Shown piece after piece: positions 11,546-24,682 of a stretch of DNA of 64,000 nucleotides. The DNA comes from Camelus dromedarius. Taxonomy: Eukaryota. The DNA lies in NCBI RefSeq assembly GCF_036321535.1, contig NC_087472.1, positions 96,908,001-96,972,000 of the forward strand. The letters run 5' to 3'. Under the pieces are notes generated by a model. That model was not told the origin of the DNA. It saw only the letters and a list, made by a program, of their open reading frames with translations, and did not search any database. Position 1 is the stretch's first letter; every line of letters starts with the position of its first letter. The position numbers and the translations under genes were made by a program.

Positions 11546-12150
11546 GTAGGTGGGTAATCAGGTTTACTTATTTTTAGGGGAGGTACTGGGGATTGACCTC
11601 TGGACCTCATGCATGCTAAGCATGTATTCTACCACTTGAGCTGTACCGTCCCCCGAATAGCTCATTTCTTTTAAGCACTGAGTAGTAATCCATTGTCTGA
11701 ATATACCACAGTTTATCCATTCACATACTGAAGGACAGCTTGGTTTCTTCCAAATTTTGGCAATTATGTATAAAGCTACTATGAACCCCCCCCCCGCCAA
11801 AATAAAATAATAATAATATGATAAATAAATAAATAAAATATTTTTTAAAAATTAAAAGAAAGAAATGAGCTATCAAGCCATGAAAAGACATGGAGGAAAG
11901 TTAAATGTATATTACTAGGTGAAAGAAGCTAATCTGAAAAGGCTATGTAGTATATTATTCCAACTATGTGATGTTCTGGAAAAGGCAAAACTATGTAGAT
12001 AGTAAAAGAATCAGTGGTTGCCAGGGTTTAGTGGAGAGGAATGTATGTATGAATAAGCAGAGTATGGAGGATTTTTAGGGCAGCGACACTGTTTTGTTTG
12101 ATACTATTATGGTGGACAAATGTCATTATACATTTGTCGACACTCATAGT
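11546..12150. mobile_element. L1MC-like 3' fragment carrying a vic-1 SINE, with 11546-11785 inverted
   Basis: SINE head on the - strand (11546-11654) and SINE tail on the + strand (11786-11858). The TSD aaagaaatgagctat appears in opposite orientations at 11657-11671 and 11859-11873. Confidence 0.75.
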
Positions 12151-12154
12151 ATGC

Positions 12155-12878
12155 TTCTTATTCTGGAAAACACCCTCCAAAATGCACCTTGTTACATTTG
12201 ATTGACTCCTGGACAGGGGCTTTTAGGTTGACAGTATGGACTGCCTCCTAGCAGGGGAATGACTTAGATGATCAAGTCTCAGCCTCTGTGGAGACAAACA
12301 TTATCAGCAATATGCAAAGATATATACCTTATTTATGGGTCCCATGTGTATACCCAGGGATAAGGGTCATTTATGGATGAAAAAATCAGTGAAATCAACA
12401 AACAAAAGTACCTGCATTGCCCAGGTTAGGACTCTGGTCATCTAAGTAGACTGTGCATCAAGGCATAATTATCTATCTACAGTTTGGGACCTGGTCCAAA
12501 AACAAAACTCACTGGTTCTAGCATATCAGGCCAAGGAGCTTGCAAACATATGCAGACTGATACCTACTCAGTTGAGTAGCTGGAGTTGGGGTGTCTCTGG
12601 TTCCCAAAGTCAAATGTGTCAGAACTGGTGCTCTACCCTCTTCTCAAGGTTACCACTAGACTACAGTGGAGCCCTTTTCTGAGTATGGCCTTACCAAGCC
12701 TGTCTACATAGCAAATAGGAGCAGTATTTAAGGACTCTTGTTTGGTCTGTGTTTTATACTTGTATTCACTGACCGCATCAATGGCATAATGGTGCTACCT
12801 TTCCAGACAAAAGCACCCTGCAGTTGGTAGATATCTGGGACATTTCCTGGACCATTCACTCCCCATCTTATTGCCTGG
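12155..12878 (+). mobile_element. ERV-L-like array unit 4 (RNaseH C-terminal part and integrase)
   Basis: ctggaaaaca..accttgttacatttgattgactc at ~12163 matches ~3146. atctacagtttg.gacctggtcc at ~12475 matches ~3447. Truncated by L1 at ~12885. Confidence 0.8.
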
Positions 12879-12884
12879 CGACAG

Positions 12885-15800
12885 GCATCTGTTCATGTGC
12901 CTGTTGGCCATCTGTATATCTTCTTGGGAAAAATGTCTATTCAGGTCTTCTGCCCACTTTTTATTGTTTTTTTTTTTTTGATGTTGAGTCGTATGAGCTG
13001 TTTATATAGTTTGGATATTAACCCTTTATTGGTCATATCATTTGCAAATATTTTCTCCTGTTCAGTAGGCTGTCTTTTCATTTTGTTGATAGTTTCCTTT
13101 GCTGTGCAAAAGCTTTTAGGTTTAATTAAGTCCCATTTGTTTATTTTTGCTCTTATTACCTTTGCTTTAGGAGACAGATCTAAAAAAATACTGCTATGAT
13201 TTATATCAAAGAGTGTTCCGCCTATGTTTTCCTTTAGGAGTTTTATGGTTTCCAGTCTTACATTTAGGTCTTTAATCCATTTTGAGTTTATTTTTGTATA
13301 TGGTGTTAGAGAATGTCCTAATTTTATTTTAATTCTACAGGCATTGTTTTTTTAAACACCTTTATTGTGATTTGGTTCCTGTACAGTCAACTACACATAT
13401 TTCAGATGTATACTTTGATGAATTTTGATTGATAGATACACCAGTGAAACTACTACCACAATCAAGATAGCTAACATTTCCATCACTCCCCTAGAGGTGC
13501 AATTTTCGAACTCCCAATTTATCTCTTCCCACCCCCCTTTAACCCCCTGGTAACCATAAGTTTGTTCTCTACATCTGTGAGTCTGTTTCTGTTTTGTAGA
13601 TAAGTTTGTTTGTGTCCTTTTTTTAAGATTCCACATATAAGTGTTATCATATGGCATTTTTCTTTCTCTTTCTGACTTACTTCACTTAGAATGACAATCT
13701 TCAGGTCCATCCGTGTTGCTGCAAATGGCATTATTTTATTATTTTTTATGGCTGAGTAGTATTCCATTGTGTATATATATACCATGTCTTCTTTATCCAG
13801 TCATCTGTCAGTAGACATTTGGGTTGTTTCCATGTCTTGGCTATTGTAAACAGTGCTGCAATGAACACTGGGGTACATGTGTCTTTTTGCATTATGTTTT
13901 TCTCTGGATATATGCCCTGGAGTGGGATTGCTGGATCATACGGTAAATCTATTTTTAGTTTTTTAAGGGACCTCCATACTGTTCTCCATAGTGGCCACAC
14001 TAATTTACATACCCACCAACAGTGTAGGAGGGTTCCCTTTTCTCTGCAGCCTCTTCAGCATTTATCGTTTGTGGACTTTTTAGTGATAGCCATTATGATT
14101 GGTGTGAGGTGATATCTCATTGTAGTTTCTATTTGCATTTCTCTAACAATTAGTGATGTTGAGCATCTTTTCATGTGCTTTTTGGCCATCTGTATGTCTT
14201 CTTTGGAGAGATGTCTATTAAGATCTTCTGTCCATTTTTTGATTGAGTTGCTTGTTTTTTGATATTAAGGTGTATGAGCTGTTTGTATATTTTGGAAATT
14301 AGTCCCTTGTCAGTCGCATCATTTGCAAATATTTTCTCCCATTCTGTAGATTGTTGTTTTGTTTTGCTTATGGTTTCCTTTGCTGTGCAAAAGCTTATAA
14401 GTTTAATTAAGTTCCACTTGTTTATTTTTGCTTTTATTTCTATTGCCTGGGTAGACTGCCCTAGGAGAACATTGCTAAGGTTTATGTCAGAGAATGTTTT
14501 ACCTATGTTTTCTTCTAGGAGGTTTATAGCGTCTTGTCTTATATTTAAGTCTTTAAGCCATTTTGAGGTTATTTTTATATATGGTTCGAGGGAGTGTTCT
14601 AACTTCTAAAAGGGATTGATTTGAGTGCTGCTGTCCAGTTTTCCCAACACTGCTTGCTGAAGAGACTGTCTTCTCTCCATTCTATATTCTTGCCTCCTTT
14701 GTTGAAGATTAGTTGACTGTAGGTGTGTGAGTTTATTTCTGGGCTCTCTATTCTGTTCCATCGATCCATATGTCTGTTTTTGTGCCAGTACCATGCTGTT
14801 TTGATTACTATAGCTCTGTAGTATTGTCTGAAATCTGGGAGGGTTATTCCTCCAACTTAGTTCTTTTTCTTCAGTATTGCTTTGGCAGTTCTGGGTCTTT
14901 TGTGATTCCATTTAAATTTTAAGATTATTTCTTCTATTTCTGTGAAAAATGTCATGGGTTATTTGATAGAGATTGCATTAAATCTGTAGATTGCCTTGGG
15001 CAGTATGGCCATTTTAACAATATTGAGTCTTCCCAAATGCTGGAGAGGCTGTGGAGAAAAGGGAACCCTCCTACACTGCTGGTGGGAATGCAGGTTGGTG
15101 CAGCCACTGTGGAAAACAGTATGGAGATTCCTCAAAAGACTAGGAATAGACTTACCATATGACCCAAGAATTCCGCTCCTGGGCATATATCCAGAAGGAA
15201 CCCTACTTCAAAATGACACCTGCACCCCAGTGTTCATGGCGGCACTATTTGCGATAGCCAAGACATGGAAACAGCCTAAATGTCCATCAACAGATGATTG
15301 GATAAAGAAGATGTAGTATATTTATACAATGGAATACTATTCAGCCGTAAAACCCAACAACATAATGCCGTTTGCAGCAACATGGATGTCCCTGGAGAAT
15401 GTCATTCTAAGTGAAGTAAGCCAGAAAGAGAAAGAAAAATAACATATGAGATCGCTCATATGTGGAATCTAAAGAAAAAAAAAGATGAACATAAATACAA
15501 AACAGAAACAGACTCATAGACATAGAATACAGACTTGTGGTTGCAAAGGGGGCGGGGCTGGGAAGGGACAGGCTGGGATTTCAAAATTTGTAGATACTGA
15601 CGGGCATATGCAGAATAGATGAACAAGATTATACTGTATAGCACAGGGAAATATATACAAGATCTTGTGGTAGCCCACAGCGAAAAAATGTGACAATGAA
15701 TATATGTATGTTTATATATGACTGAAAAATTGTACTCTACACTGGAATTTGACACAATATTGTAAAATGACTATAACTCAATAAAAAAAAGTAGGAAAAA

Positions 15801-16915
15801 AATGCAATATTGATTTTTCCAGTCAAAGAGCATAGGATATCTTTCCATTTTTTCAGTCATCTTTAATTTCCTTAATCAATGTTTTATAGTTCTCCATGTA
15901 TAAGTCTTTCACTTCCTTGGTCAGATTTATTCCTAAGTATTTTATTGTTTTGAATGTGATTTTGAAAGGGATTGTTTCTTTCTTTTTCTGGTATTTCATT
16001 GTTAGTGTAAAGAAATGCCACTGATTTCTGTATGTTAATCTTGTATCTTGTAGTAAGTACCTTCTTGTAGTGTACTTACTGTTCTGTGGTATCAAGTACA
16101 TTCAGATTATTGTGCTACCGACACCACTATCCATCTCCAGAACACTTTTTATCTAATAAAACTGAAACTCTTTAGCCATTAAACAAGATCTCCCCATAAC
16201 CCCTCCCCCCATCCCCTGGAAACCATCACTCTGCTTTCTCTTTCTATGACTTTGACTACTTTAAGTACGTCATATAAATGGAATCAGACAATATTTGTTT
16301 TTCTGTGACTGGCTTACTTCACTTAGCATAAAATGCTCAAGGCTCATCCATGATGTAACATGAGTCAGAATTTTCTTACTTTTAAAGACTAAATAATATT
16401 ACATTTTTTGTATATACCACATTTTGCTTATCTATTCATTTACCCACTGACACTTGGGTTGATTCCACATTTTAGCTACTGTGAATAATGCTGTGGTAAA
16501 CATGGATGTACCTATATCTCTTTGAGTCCCTGCTTTCAATTCTTTTGTGTATATATACTCAGAAGTGGAATTGCTGGATCATATGGCAATTCTGTTTTTA
16601 ATTTTTTTTTAGGACATACCATACTGTTTTCTGCAGTGACTACTATTTTGCATTCCCACCAACAGTGCACAAGGGCTCCACTTTCTCCACATCCATGTCT
16701 TGTTGTTTTCTGGTTTTTTTTTTTTTTTGAGTAGCCATATTAATGGGTATAAGGTGATTTCGCATTGTATTTTTGATTTGTGTTTCCCTAATAGTTAGTG
16801 ATGTTAAGCATCTTTCATGTGCTTATTAATCATTTGTATACCTTCTTTGGAGAATTGCCTATTTAAACCCTTTATCCATTTTTTATTTGAGCTTTTATGT
16901 TGTTGTTGTTGAGCC
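12885..16915 (-). mobile_element. Cluster of nested L1 fragments (younger L1 ORF2 3' half at ~13495-16050 plus older L1M 3' ends)
   Basis: ORF-track hits such as [28 protein letters not shown] and [16 protein letters not shown] are L1 ORF2 pieces. Confidence 0.9.
15034..15804 (+). mobile_element. 5'-truncated young L1 inserted antisense into another L1
   Basis: [18 protein letters not shown] motif and a 3' UTR matching that of the full-length L1. 16-bp TSD caatattga(g/t)t(c/t)ttcc at 15018-15033 and 15805-15820. Confidence 0.9.
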
Positions 16916-16929
16916 TACCTTATGATTTT

Positions 16930-17170
16930 TATGCTCCCCTGTTTTTCATCTTATTTCTCTGACTGTTCCTTCTCCTACTTGTCTTTCTCTACCCACCCTC
17001 TAAGTTTTGGGGTCTTCTAAGGGTCTGTCTTTAAACTCCTTGTCTCTGGTCCCTCCTATGCCAAATCTCACCAGTGTGAGGGTGATATCTCCATGTATAT
17101 TTCCTCTCTTGACATCTCAGTTTTGCTTCCAGCTCTTTGCTCTATTATCTCCACTTGTTCATTTCTCTCT
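16930..17170 (+). mobile_element. L2 fragment
   Basis: Pyrimidine-rich L2-like sequence (ccctctaagttttggggt.., ccagctc..tctccacttg). Confidence 0.45.
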
Positions 17171-17579
17171 TATGTAGAATTCTAGATGGGAACTCTAGGG
17201 TCGTTGGGCTGCTTTCTTGCTACTCTGCCGTCTTAGAGTGTTTCCTTCCTTCACATTGTCAGGAATTGCTCACCACCACTAGCCCCCAGGAGGAGAGGCA
17301 AAGGGAAAGGGCTAAGGTTTGTAGCAGGGACCCTAGCCATTTGCTCAGATAAAACTTCCAATTATATAAAAGAAAGGAAGGATGAATGTTGATAAATAAC
17401 TAGACTTCTTTTGCTTAGGTAGCTTTGTTATTCCTTATATAGAGGCTTAGTATTTTTTGAGTAGTAAGATCTGGCTACCAGTTTCAACTCTAGATTGCCA
17501 TTGTATAGAAGATGGAGAGATCATAACGATGCCAACCACCAGAAGAAGGAGCCCATAGACCTTGGTCCACTGCATCTTC

Positions 17580-18030
17580 TATAGGTTCTGAGTCACCAAG
17601 AAGGACTCAACACACAAGGCAGTGGTTAGAACAATGCTTTACTCACAGAAAGGAGAAGAGACACAGCAAGATCAGCATTTGTAGAGTGTGCCAGTTTCCC
17701 GTGGCCAGCAGATCCCTTCTTAGAACTGACACAGAGTGATGGACTGTATGCACCCCTCTGTGCTGCAGGCGAAGACCCTGTTTTTTTCTTGCTGGCGGGT
17801 TAGGGGGAGGTTTGGGAGCAGATATCCTGGTGGGGCAGGCCAGGTGCCATATGACACATATGCTTAAGCAATACAAGGAAGTTCATGGTTTACCCAGAAT
17901 GGAGGAGACTCCTTCAGGGGAAAGGTTTCTTTCTGGAAGGAATCTGGGGCCACGTGACAACTTAGCAGCTGACTTCTGTTTAGAAGAATGTTTTAGGGCT
18001 AGTGCACTTATTGGGTAATCTTGGGGTGGG
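17580..18030 (-). mobile_element. Probable old LTR
   Basis: aacaatgctttactcacag (reverse AATAAA-like signal) and GC-richer LTR-like composition; family not identified. Confidence 0.35.
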
Positions 18031-20079
18031 GGGCAGTAACGCGCTGGTTACTTCCCCAATAGTATTCTAACCAAATTTGGAGAGGATTAGAGAATTAGTA
18101 GAGCTGCTCCTTCTTTATCAACTGTCAAAACGTCCTCTGGACAGACAAATCTGAAGGGTAATCTCATTACTATAATGTCTTACTTGTGGTTCCTTTTCTT
18201 CTTTCTGTTGTCCTTGACTAATAACTTTAAATATCCCAGTTATTTTAGTGGCTATGTAAACTTTATGCTACTTGGGATATTGTGAGTTTATTGGGATATT
18301 GTGAGTTTAGTTCAAAGCTATTCAGAGGTGGTGTCCATTGCAGAGCACCACAGCGGATAGGGCTCTGGTCAGGATGGTGCCAGGAATGTCTCTTGCTAGT
18401 TTTTTATGGTGTTTTCTGGGGATGGGAGGATTGGCATAGAGGAGGACCCAAAAGAAGATTTCTGTAGTGTTGGAATACAAATAGACTGTGTGAAAGTGTC
18501 TTTATCGGCAAGTTTGTCTTGTCAGTGCAGACCTTGCCTGACTCCCATGATGTGGTGGAGTCCACGTTACATTCTGTAGCCAGACTCAAGGGGGCCATGA
18601 AAACTGGGAAAATAAATTCTGGTGCCAGAAATATGACTAAATGTTCATTTCACAATACATACACTCCTCCAGTATAACGTTCTTCTTTTAGAATGCAGAC
18701 TTGAGGAAAGAAACCATAGCTGAAAAAGTTCTCAGGCAGAGAATCATATGTGCTGGGTAGGTGGCTCATCTGTGTGACCATGACTGCTGAGGGCATAGGG
18801 AGGGACACTGATAAAGCCTTTCTATACTCTAGAGTAGCTGTCATGTAGCAAAAGCAACATAATTAGTGCTGTGGAACAGTATGTGCTACACATTTGTCCT
18901 CCCATCAGTGACCATATGGCACATTTATAGTTTGGTTTTTCAGTTCTCATATTCCACAAGGACTTCTTTGCCATGTTCAGGAAGAATGTAATTAGCATGA
19001 CCAGACATATTTGACGTGTTCTACATGACATAAGCACACTAGAGGAAAAGTCTGGCAATAAAATTATGTGTTATGTAGAATGGGAGCAAGCTGGGAATGA
19101 GGATACAAGGCCGATTTGCATGAGAGCCAAGTCTTCTGAGAGAAAGCTTTTGTGGTGTGTGATTGGTGACCCTTCTTTTTGATCAGTTTATGAATGACTA
19201 TCAAAATAGTTTTTATTTTAAAGGGGAAAAAATGCAATGATGTGTTTTCAGAAGACTTCTTCTCTTTCTATATTGTCCCTTACACTTGTTCCTTGTACAT
19301 TAAGAATTTTGAATCAAATATCAAGAAGTTTTACTTTTAAAACCACAAATTCATATAACCAAGAATCAGATGGAAGTAATGAATTAGAATGACTTTGTGA
19401 AAGTGAAAAATGTTTCTGTGCAAAACTTCCACTAGATTTCCACTAGATGGTAGCAAACAGTTATGTTTAATACCTTTACAGTGATTGTGTTTTTTATAAA
19501 ATACTCACTTTTCTAAAATTAGAAAAACAATTCTCGAAAAGGAAAATTCTGTCTGAAATACTGCTCCCTTTGGTGAGGGTAGAACACAGTTGAGTTCAAA
19601 TCTATAAAAGAAAGTTCCGATAAAACTTCTGTTTCCTAATAAAGCAGTCTCTGTTCAAGTGGCAGGAAAACAACAGCTCCAGGCCTGATTCTTGGTGATT
19701 TTGGTTGATAAAATTTTGCAGAAAAAAATGTGGCTCCTTTATTGACTTTTTCTCCTAATGTTATACAATTTGTATGCTTTGAAATGGCGTCCTTGGATTT
19801 CCATGGTGGGCCATGATTTTGTTTGTGTTGCAATAAAATTTGAAATTACAGAGAACACTTGGAGGAGATAAATCTGACAATGGAATAACAGTATAAATAA
19901 ACATTTTAAAACAAGATTTTATCTGCTTTTGACCTATTTCCTACAAACTACAAACTCTACATTAGTTTTGCTAATAAGAATCTCCTACAGGTAGTCTGCT
20001 GTGGTGGTTCATAGAATAACTACGGGTAACCTGATTAAAAGTGGACACTTCAAAAGAGGGATGGAATTGAAGGAAGTAA

Positions 20080-20529
20080 ATGAGTGGTATTCCATAATAT
20101 ATATGCCCCCCAGTTTGTTTGACCAGTCACCCAATGAGAGGCATTTGGGCTATTTTCACTTTTTGGCTGTTAGAAAGAGAGCTGCGATGAACATTAATGT
20201 ACAGGTTTTTGCATGAACATAATTTTCCTTCCTTTGGGATAAATACCCAGGATTGCAATTACTGAGTCATATGGTAGTAACATGTTTGGTTTTAACAAAA
20301 TCCATCAGATTTTCCAGAGTGGCTGTACCATTTTATACTTCCACCAGCAACATGTGAGTCATCCAGTTTCTCCACACACTTGTCACCGTTTGATGCTGTC
20401 ATTATTTTAATTTTAGCTATTATGATAGGAATGTAGTGATATTTCATTGTGGGTTTACTTTGCATTTCTCTGATAGATAATGATGTTGAACATATTTTCA
20501 TGTGTTTATCATCTCGATATCCTCTTTAG
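20080..20529 (-). mobile_element. Old L1M fragment, host of the full-length L1 (resumes at ~27955-28100)
   Basis: ORF 20292-20501 (CSTSLSIREMQSKPTMKYHY). Colinear L1M sequence continues after the young L1 5' end. Confidence 0.8.
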
Positions 20530-20877
20530 TTTTTTTTTTACATCGCACTAACTTTATTTATTTATTTATTTTAACATTTTTTTATTGATTTATAATCATT
20601 TTACAATGTTGTGTCAAATTCCAGTGTAGAGCACAATTTTTCAGTTATACGTGAACATATATATATATTCATTGTCACATTTTTTTCTCTGTGAGCTACC
20701 ATAAGATCTTGTGTATATTTCCCTGTGCTATACAGTATAATCTTGTTTATCTATTCTACAATTTTGAAATCCCGTCTATCCCTTCCCACCCTCCGCCCCC
20801 TTGGCAACCACAGGTTTGTATTCTGTGTCTATGAGTCTGTTTCTGTTTTGTATTTATGCTTTGTTTGTTTGTTTGTT

Positions 20878-23800
20878 TTAGATTCCACATATGAGCGGTC
20901 TCATATGGTATGTTTCTTTCTCTTTCTGGCTTACTTCACCTAGAATGACATTCTCCAGGGACATCCATGTTGCTGCAAATGGCGTTATGTTGTTGGTTTT
21001 TATGGCTGAGTAGTATTCCATTGTATAAATATACCACCACTTCTTTATCCAGTCATCCGTTGATGGACATTTAGGCTGTCTCCATGTCTTGGCTATTGTA
21101 AATAGTACTGCCGTGAACATTGGGGTGCAGGTGTCATCCTGAAGTAGAGTTCCTTCTGGATATATGCCTAGGAGCAGGATTCCTGGATCATATGGTAAGT
21201 CTATTCCTAGTCTTTTGAGGAATCTCCATACTGTTTTCCACAGTGGCTGCACCAACCTGCATTCATTCCCACCAGCAGTGTAGGAGGGTTCCCTTTTCTC
21301 CACAGCCTCTCCAGCATTTGTCATTTGTAAACTTTTGAATGATGGCCATTCTGACTGGTGTGAGGTGATATCTCATTGTAGTTTTGATTTGCATTTCTCT
21401 GACAATTAGTGATATGGAGCATTTTTTCATGTGCCTGTTGATCATTTGTATGTCTTCCTTGGAGAATTGCTTGTTTAGGTCTTCTGCCCATTTTTGGATT
21501 GGGTTGTTTGGTTGTTTCTGATTAAGTCGTATGAGCTGCTTATATATTCTGGAGATCAAGCCTTTGTCGGTTTCATTTGCAAAAATTTTCTCCCATTCCG
21601 TAGGTTGTCTTTTTGTTTTACTTATGGTTTCCTTTGCTGTGCAGAAGCTTGTAAGTTTCATTAGGTCCCATTTGTTTATTCTTGCTTTTATTTCTATTGC
21701 TTGAGTAGACTGTTCTAGGAGAACATTTCTGAGATGTATGTCAGATAATGTTTTGCCTCTATTTTCTTCTAGGAGGTTTATTGTATCTTGTCCTATGTTT
21801 AAGTCTTTGATCCATTTTGAGTTTATTTTTGTGTATGGTGTAAGGGAATGTTCTAGCTTCATTGTTTACATGCTGCTGTCCAGTTTTCCCAACACCATTT
21901 GCTGAAGAGACTGTCTTTATTCCATTGTATATTCTTGCCTCCTTTGTCGAAGATTAGTTGACCAAACGTTTGTGGGTTCATTTCTGGGCTCTCTATTCTG
22001 TTCCATTGGTCTATATGTCTGTTTTTATACCAAAACCATGCTTTCTTGATGACTGTAGCTCTATAGTATTGTGTGAAGTCTGGGAGAGTTATTCCTCCAG
22101 CCTCTTTCTTTTTCTTCAGTAATGCTTTGGCAATTCTAGGTCTTTGATGGTTCCATATAAATTTTATTATGATTTGTTCTAGTTCTGTGAAATATGTCCT
22201 GGGTAATTTGATAGGGATTACATTAAATCTGTAGATTGCCTTGGGCAGTGTGACCATTTTAACAATATTGATTCCTCCAATCCAAGAGCATGGGATATCT
22301 TTCCACTTTTTAAAGTCTTCTTTGATTTCCTTCATCAGTGGTTTATAGTTTTCTGTGTATAATTCTTTCATCTCCTTGGTTAGATTTATTCCTAGGTATT
22401 TTATCACTTTGGGTGCTATTTTAAAGGGGATTGTTTCTTTACTTTATTTTTCCGTTGATTCATCGTTAGTGTAAAGAAATGCAACTGATTTTTGAACGTT
22501 AATCTTGTAACCAGCTACTTTGCTGAATTCTTCGATTATTTCTAGTAGTTTTTGTGTGGACCTTTTAGGGTTTTCTATATATAGTATCATATTATCTGCA
22601 TATAGTGACACTTTTACCTCTTCTGTTCCAATTTGGATCCCTTTTATTTCTCTCTCTTGCCTGATTGCTGTGGCTAGGCCTTCCAAGACTATGTTGAATA
22701 GGAGTGGTGACAGTGGGCAGCCTTGTCTTGTCCCAGATTTTAGTGGGAAGCTTTTGAATTTTTCACCGTTGAGTACTATGCTGGCTGTAGGTTTGTCATA
22801 TATAGCTTTTATTATGTTGTGATATGTTCCCTCTGTACCCACTTCGGCGAGAGTTTTTATCATAAATGGGTGTTGAATTTTATCAAATGCTTTTTCTGCA
22901 TCGATTGAGATGATCATGTGGTTTTTGTCCTTTCTCTTGTTGATGTGATGTATTACATTGATTGATTTGCGTATGTTGAACCACCTTTGTGTCCCTGGGA
23001 TGAACCCCACTTGGTCATGATGTATAATCTTTTTTATGTGTTATTGGATTCTATTTGCTAATATTTTGGTGAGGGTTTTGGCATCTATGTTCATCAGTAA
23101 TATTGGCCTATAATTCTCTTTTTTTGTAGTGTCTTTGCCTGGTTTTGGTATCAGGGTGATGGTGGCTACATAGAATGAGTTTGGGAGTATTCCCTCCTTT
23201 TCAGTCTTCTGGAAGAGTTTGAGAAGGACTGGTATGAGTTCTTCTTTATATGTTTGGTAGAATTCCCCAGTGAAGCCATCCGGTCCTGGACTTTTATTTG
23301 TAGGGAGGTTTTTTATTGCTGTTTCAATTTCATTTCTAGTGATCGGTTTGTTCAAGTGGTCAGTTTCTTCTTGATTCAGTCTTGGTGGACTGTATGTTTC
23401 CAGAAACTTGTCCATCTCCTCTAGGTTATCCAGGTTTGTTCCGTATAGTTTTTCATAATATTCTTGTATGATATTCTGTATTTCTATTTTATTTGTTGTA
23501 ATTTCTCCATTTTCCTTTCTTATTTTGCTAATTTGTGCTCTCTCTTTTTTCTTCTTTGTGAGTTTGGCCAGAGGTTTGTCAATTTTATTTACTTTTTCAA
23601 AAACCAGCTTTTGGTTTGATTTTTTCTACGGTTTTTTAAATCCCTATTTTATTTATTTCCTCCCTGACCTGTATAATTTCCTTCCTTCTGCTGCCTTTTG
23701 GGGTTTTTTGTTCTTCTTTTTCTAGTTCTTTTAGTTGGTGGGTTAAATTGTTTATTTGAGATTGTTCTTCTTTTTTGAGGAAGGCCTGTATCGCTATAAA

Positions 23801-24682
23801 CTTCCCCCTTAGCACTGCCTTTGCTGTGTCCCATAAATTTTGTGTGGTTGTGCTTTCATTTTCATTTGTCTCAAGGTGTTTTTTAATTTCAGCTTTGATG
23901 TCCTCATTGACCCATTGGTTTTTTAATAGCCTATTGTTTAATCTCCATGCTTTCCTTTTTTTCCCTTTGTTTCTCTGTTGATTTCCAGTTTCATGGCATT
24001 GTGGTCAGTAAAGATGCTTGAGATAATTTCTATCTTCTTAAAATTGTTGAGGTTTCTTTTGTGCCCAAGTGCATGATCAATCCTAGAAAATGTTCCATGT
24101 GCACTTGAAAATGTATATCCTATTTTTGGGGGGTGTAATGCTCTGAAAATATCCACCAAATCCAATTTTTCTGTTGTATTATTTAGTTTCTCTGTTGCCT
24201 TATTTTTTTTCTGTCTCGAAGATCTGTCTAGTGATGTTAATGTGATGTTAAAATCTCCAACTATGATTGTATTCCCATCAGTATCCCCCTTTATCTCTGT
24301 TAGTAATTGTTTTATATGTTTAGGTGCTCCTGTATTGGGTGCATATATATTAAGGAGTATAATATCCTCATCTTGTATCACTCCTTTAATCATTATAAAA
24401 TGTCCTTCTTTATCTTTCTTTATGGCCTTTGTTTTAAAGTCTGTTTTGTCTGAAATCAGTACTGCAACACCTGCTTTTTTGGCTTTTCCATTTGCATGGA
24501 ATATCCTTTTCCATCCTTTCACTCTCAATCTATATGTGTCCTTCTCCCTAAAGTGGGTCTCTTGTATGCAGCATATTGAAGGTTCTTGCTTTATTATCCA
24601 GTCTGGCAGTCTGTGTCTTTTGACTGGAGCATTTAGTCCATTAACATTTACAGTAATTAATGATAGATGTGTTTATTGCCGT
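20878..24682 (-). pseudogene. ORF2: L1 ORF2 (endonuclease, reverse transcriptase, C-terminal cysteine-rich domain), disrupted
   Basis: EN motifs (NIYAPN, IVGDFN, SRIDH, TDHN), RT motifs ([20 protein letters not shown] in place of YADD, KYLGI) and CWRGCGE..HCWWEC. Split over 7 or more ORFs; start codon appears mutated to ACG at 24680-24682. Confidence 0.95.

Noticed and set aside
960..12878. Domesticated retroviral protease or integrase gene in the array
   Set aside because: Every copy examined has stops or frameshifts, and catalytic motifs are altered where readable (e.g. DTRA, LNDD in unit 1). No long intact frame exists.
14959..15316. Twin-priming 5' inversion of a single L1
   Set aside because: The + strand piece has its own tail and TSD, and the host L1 resumes in register, so this is a nested insertion.
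18272..18309. 19-bp perfect tandem duplication (others at 38284-38363 and 44205-44226)
   Set aside because: Two-copy slippage duplications with no spacer-repeat array structure; not CRISPR-like.
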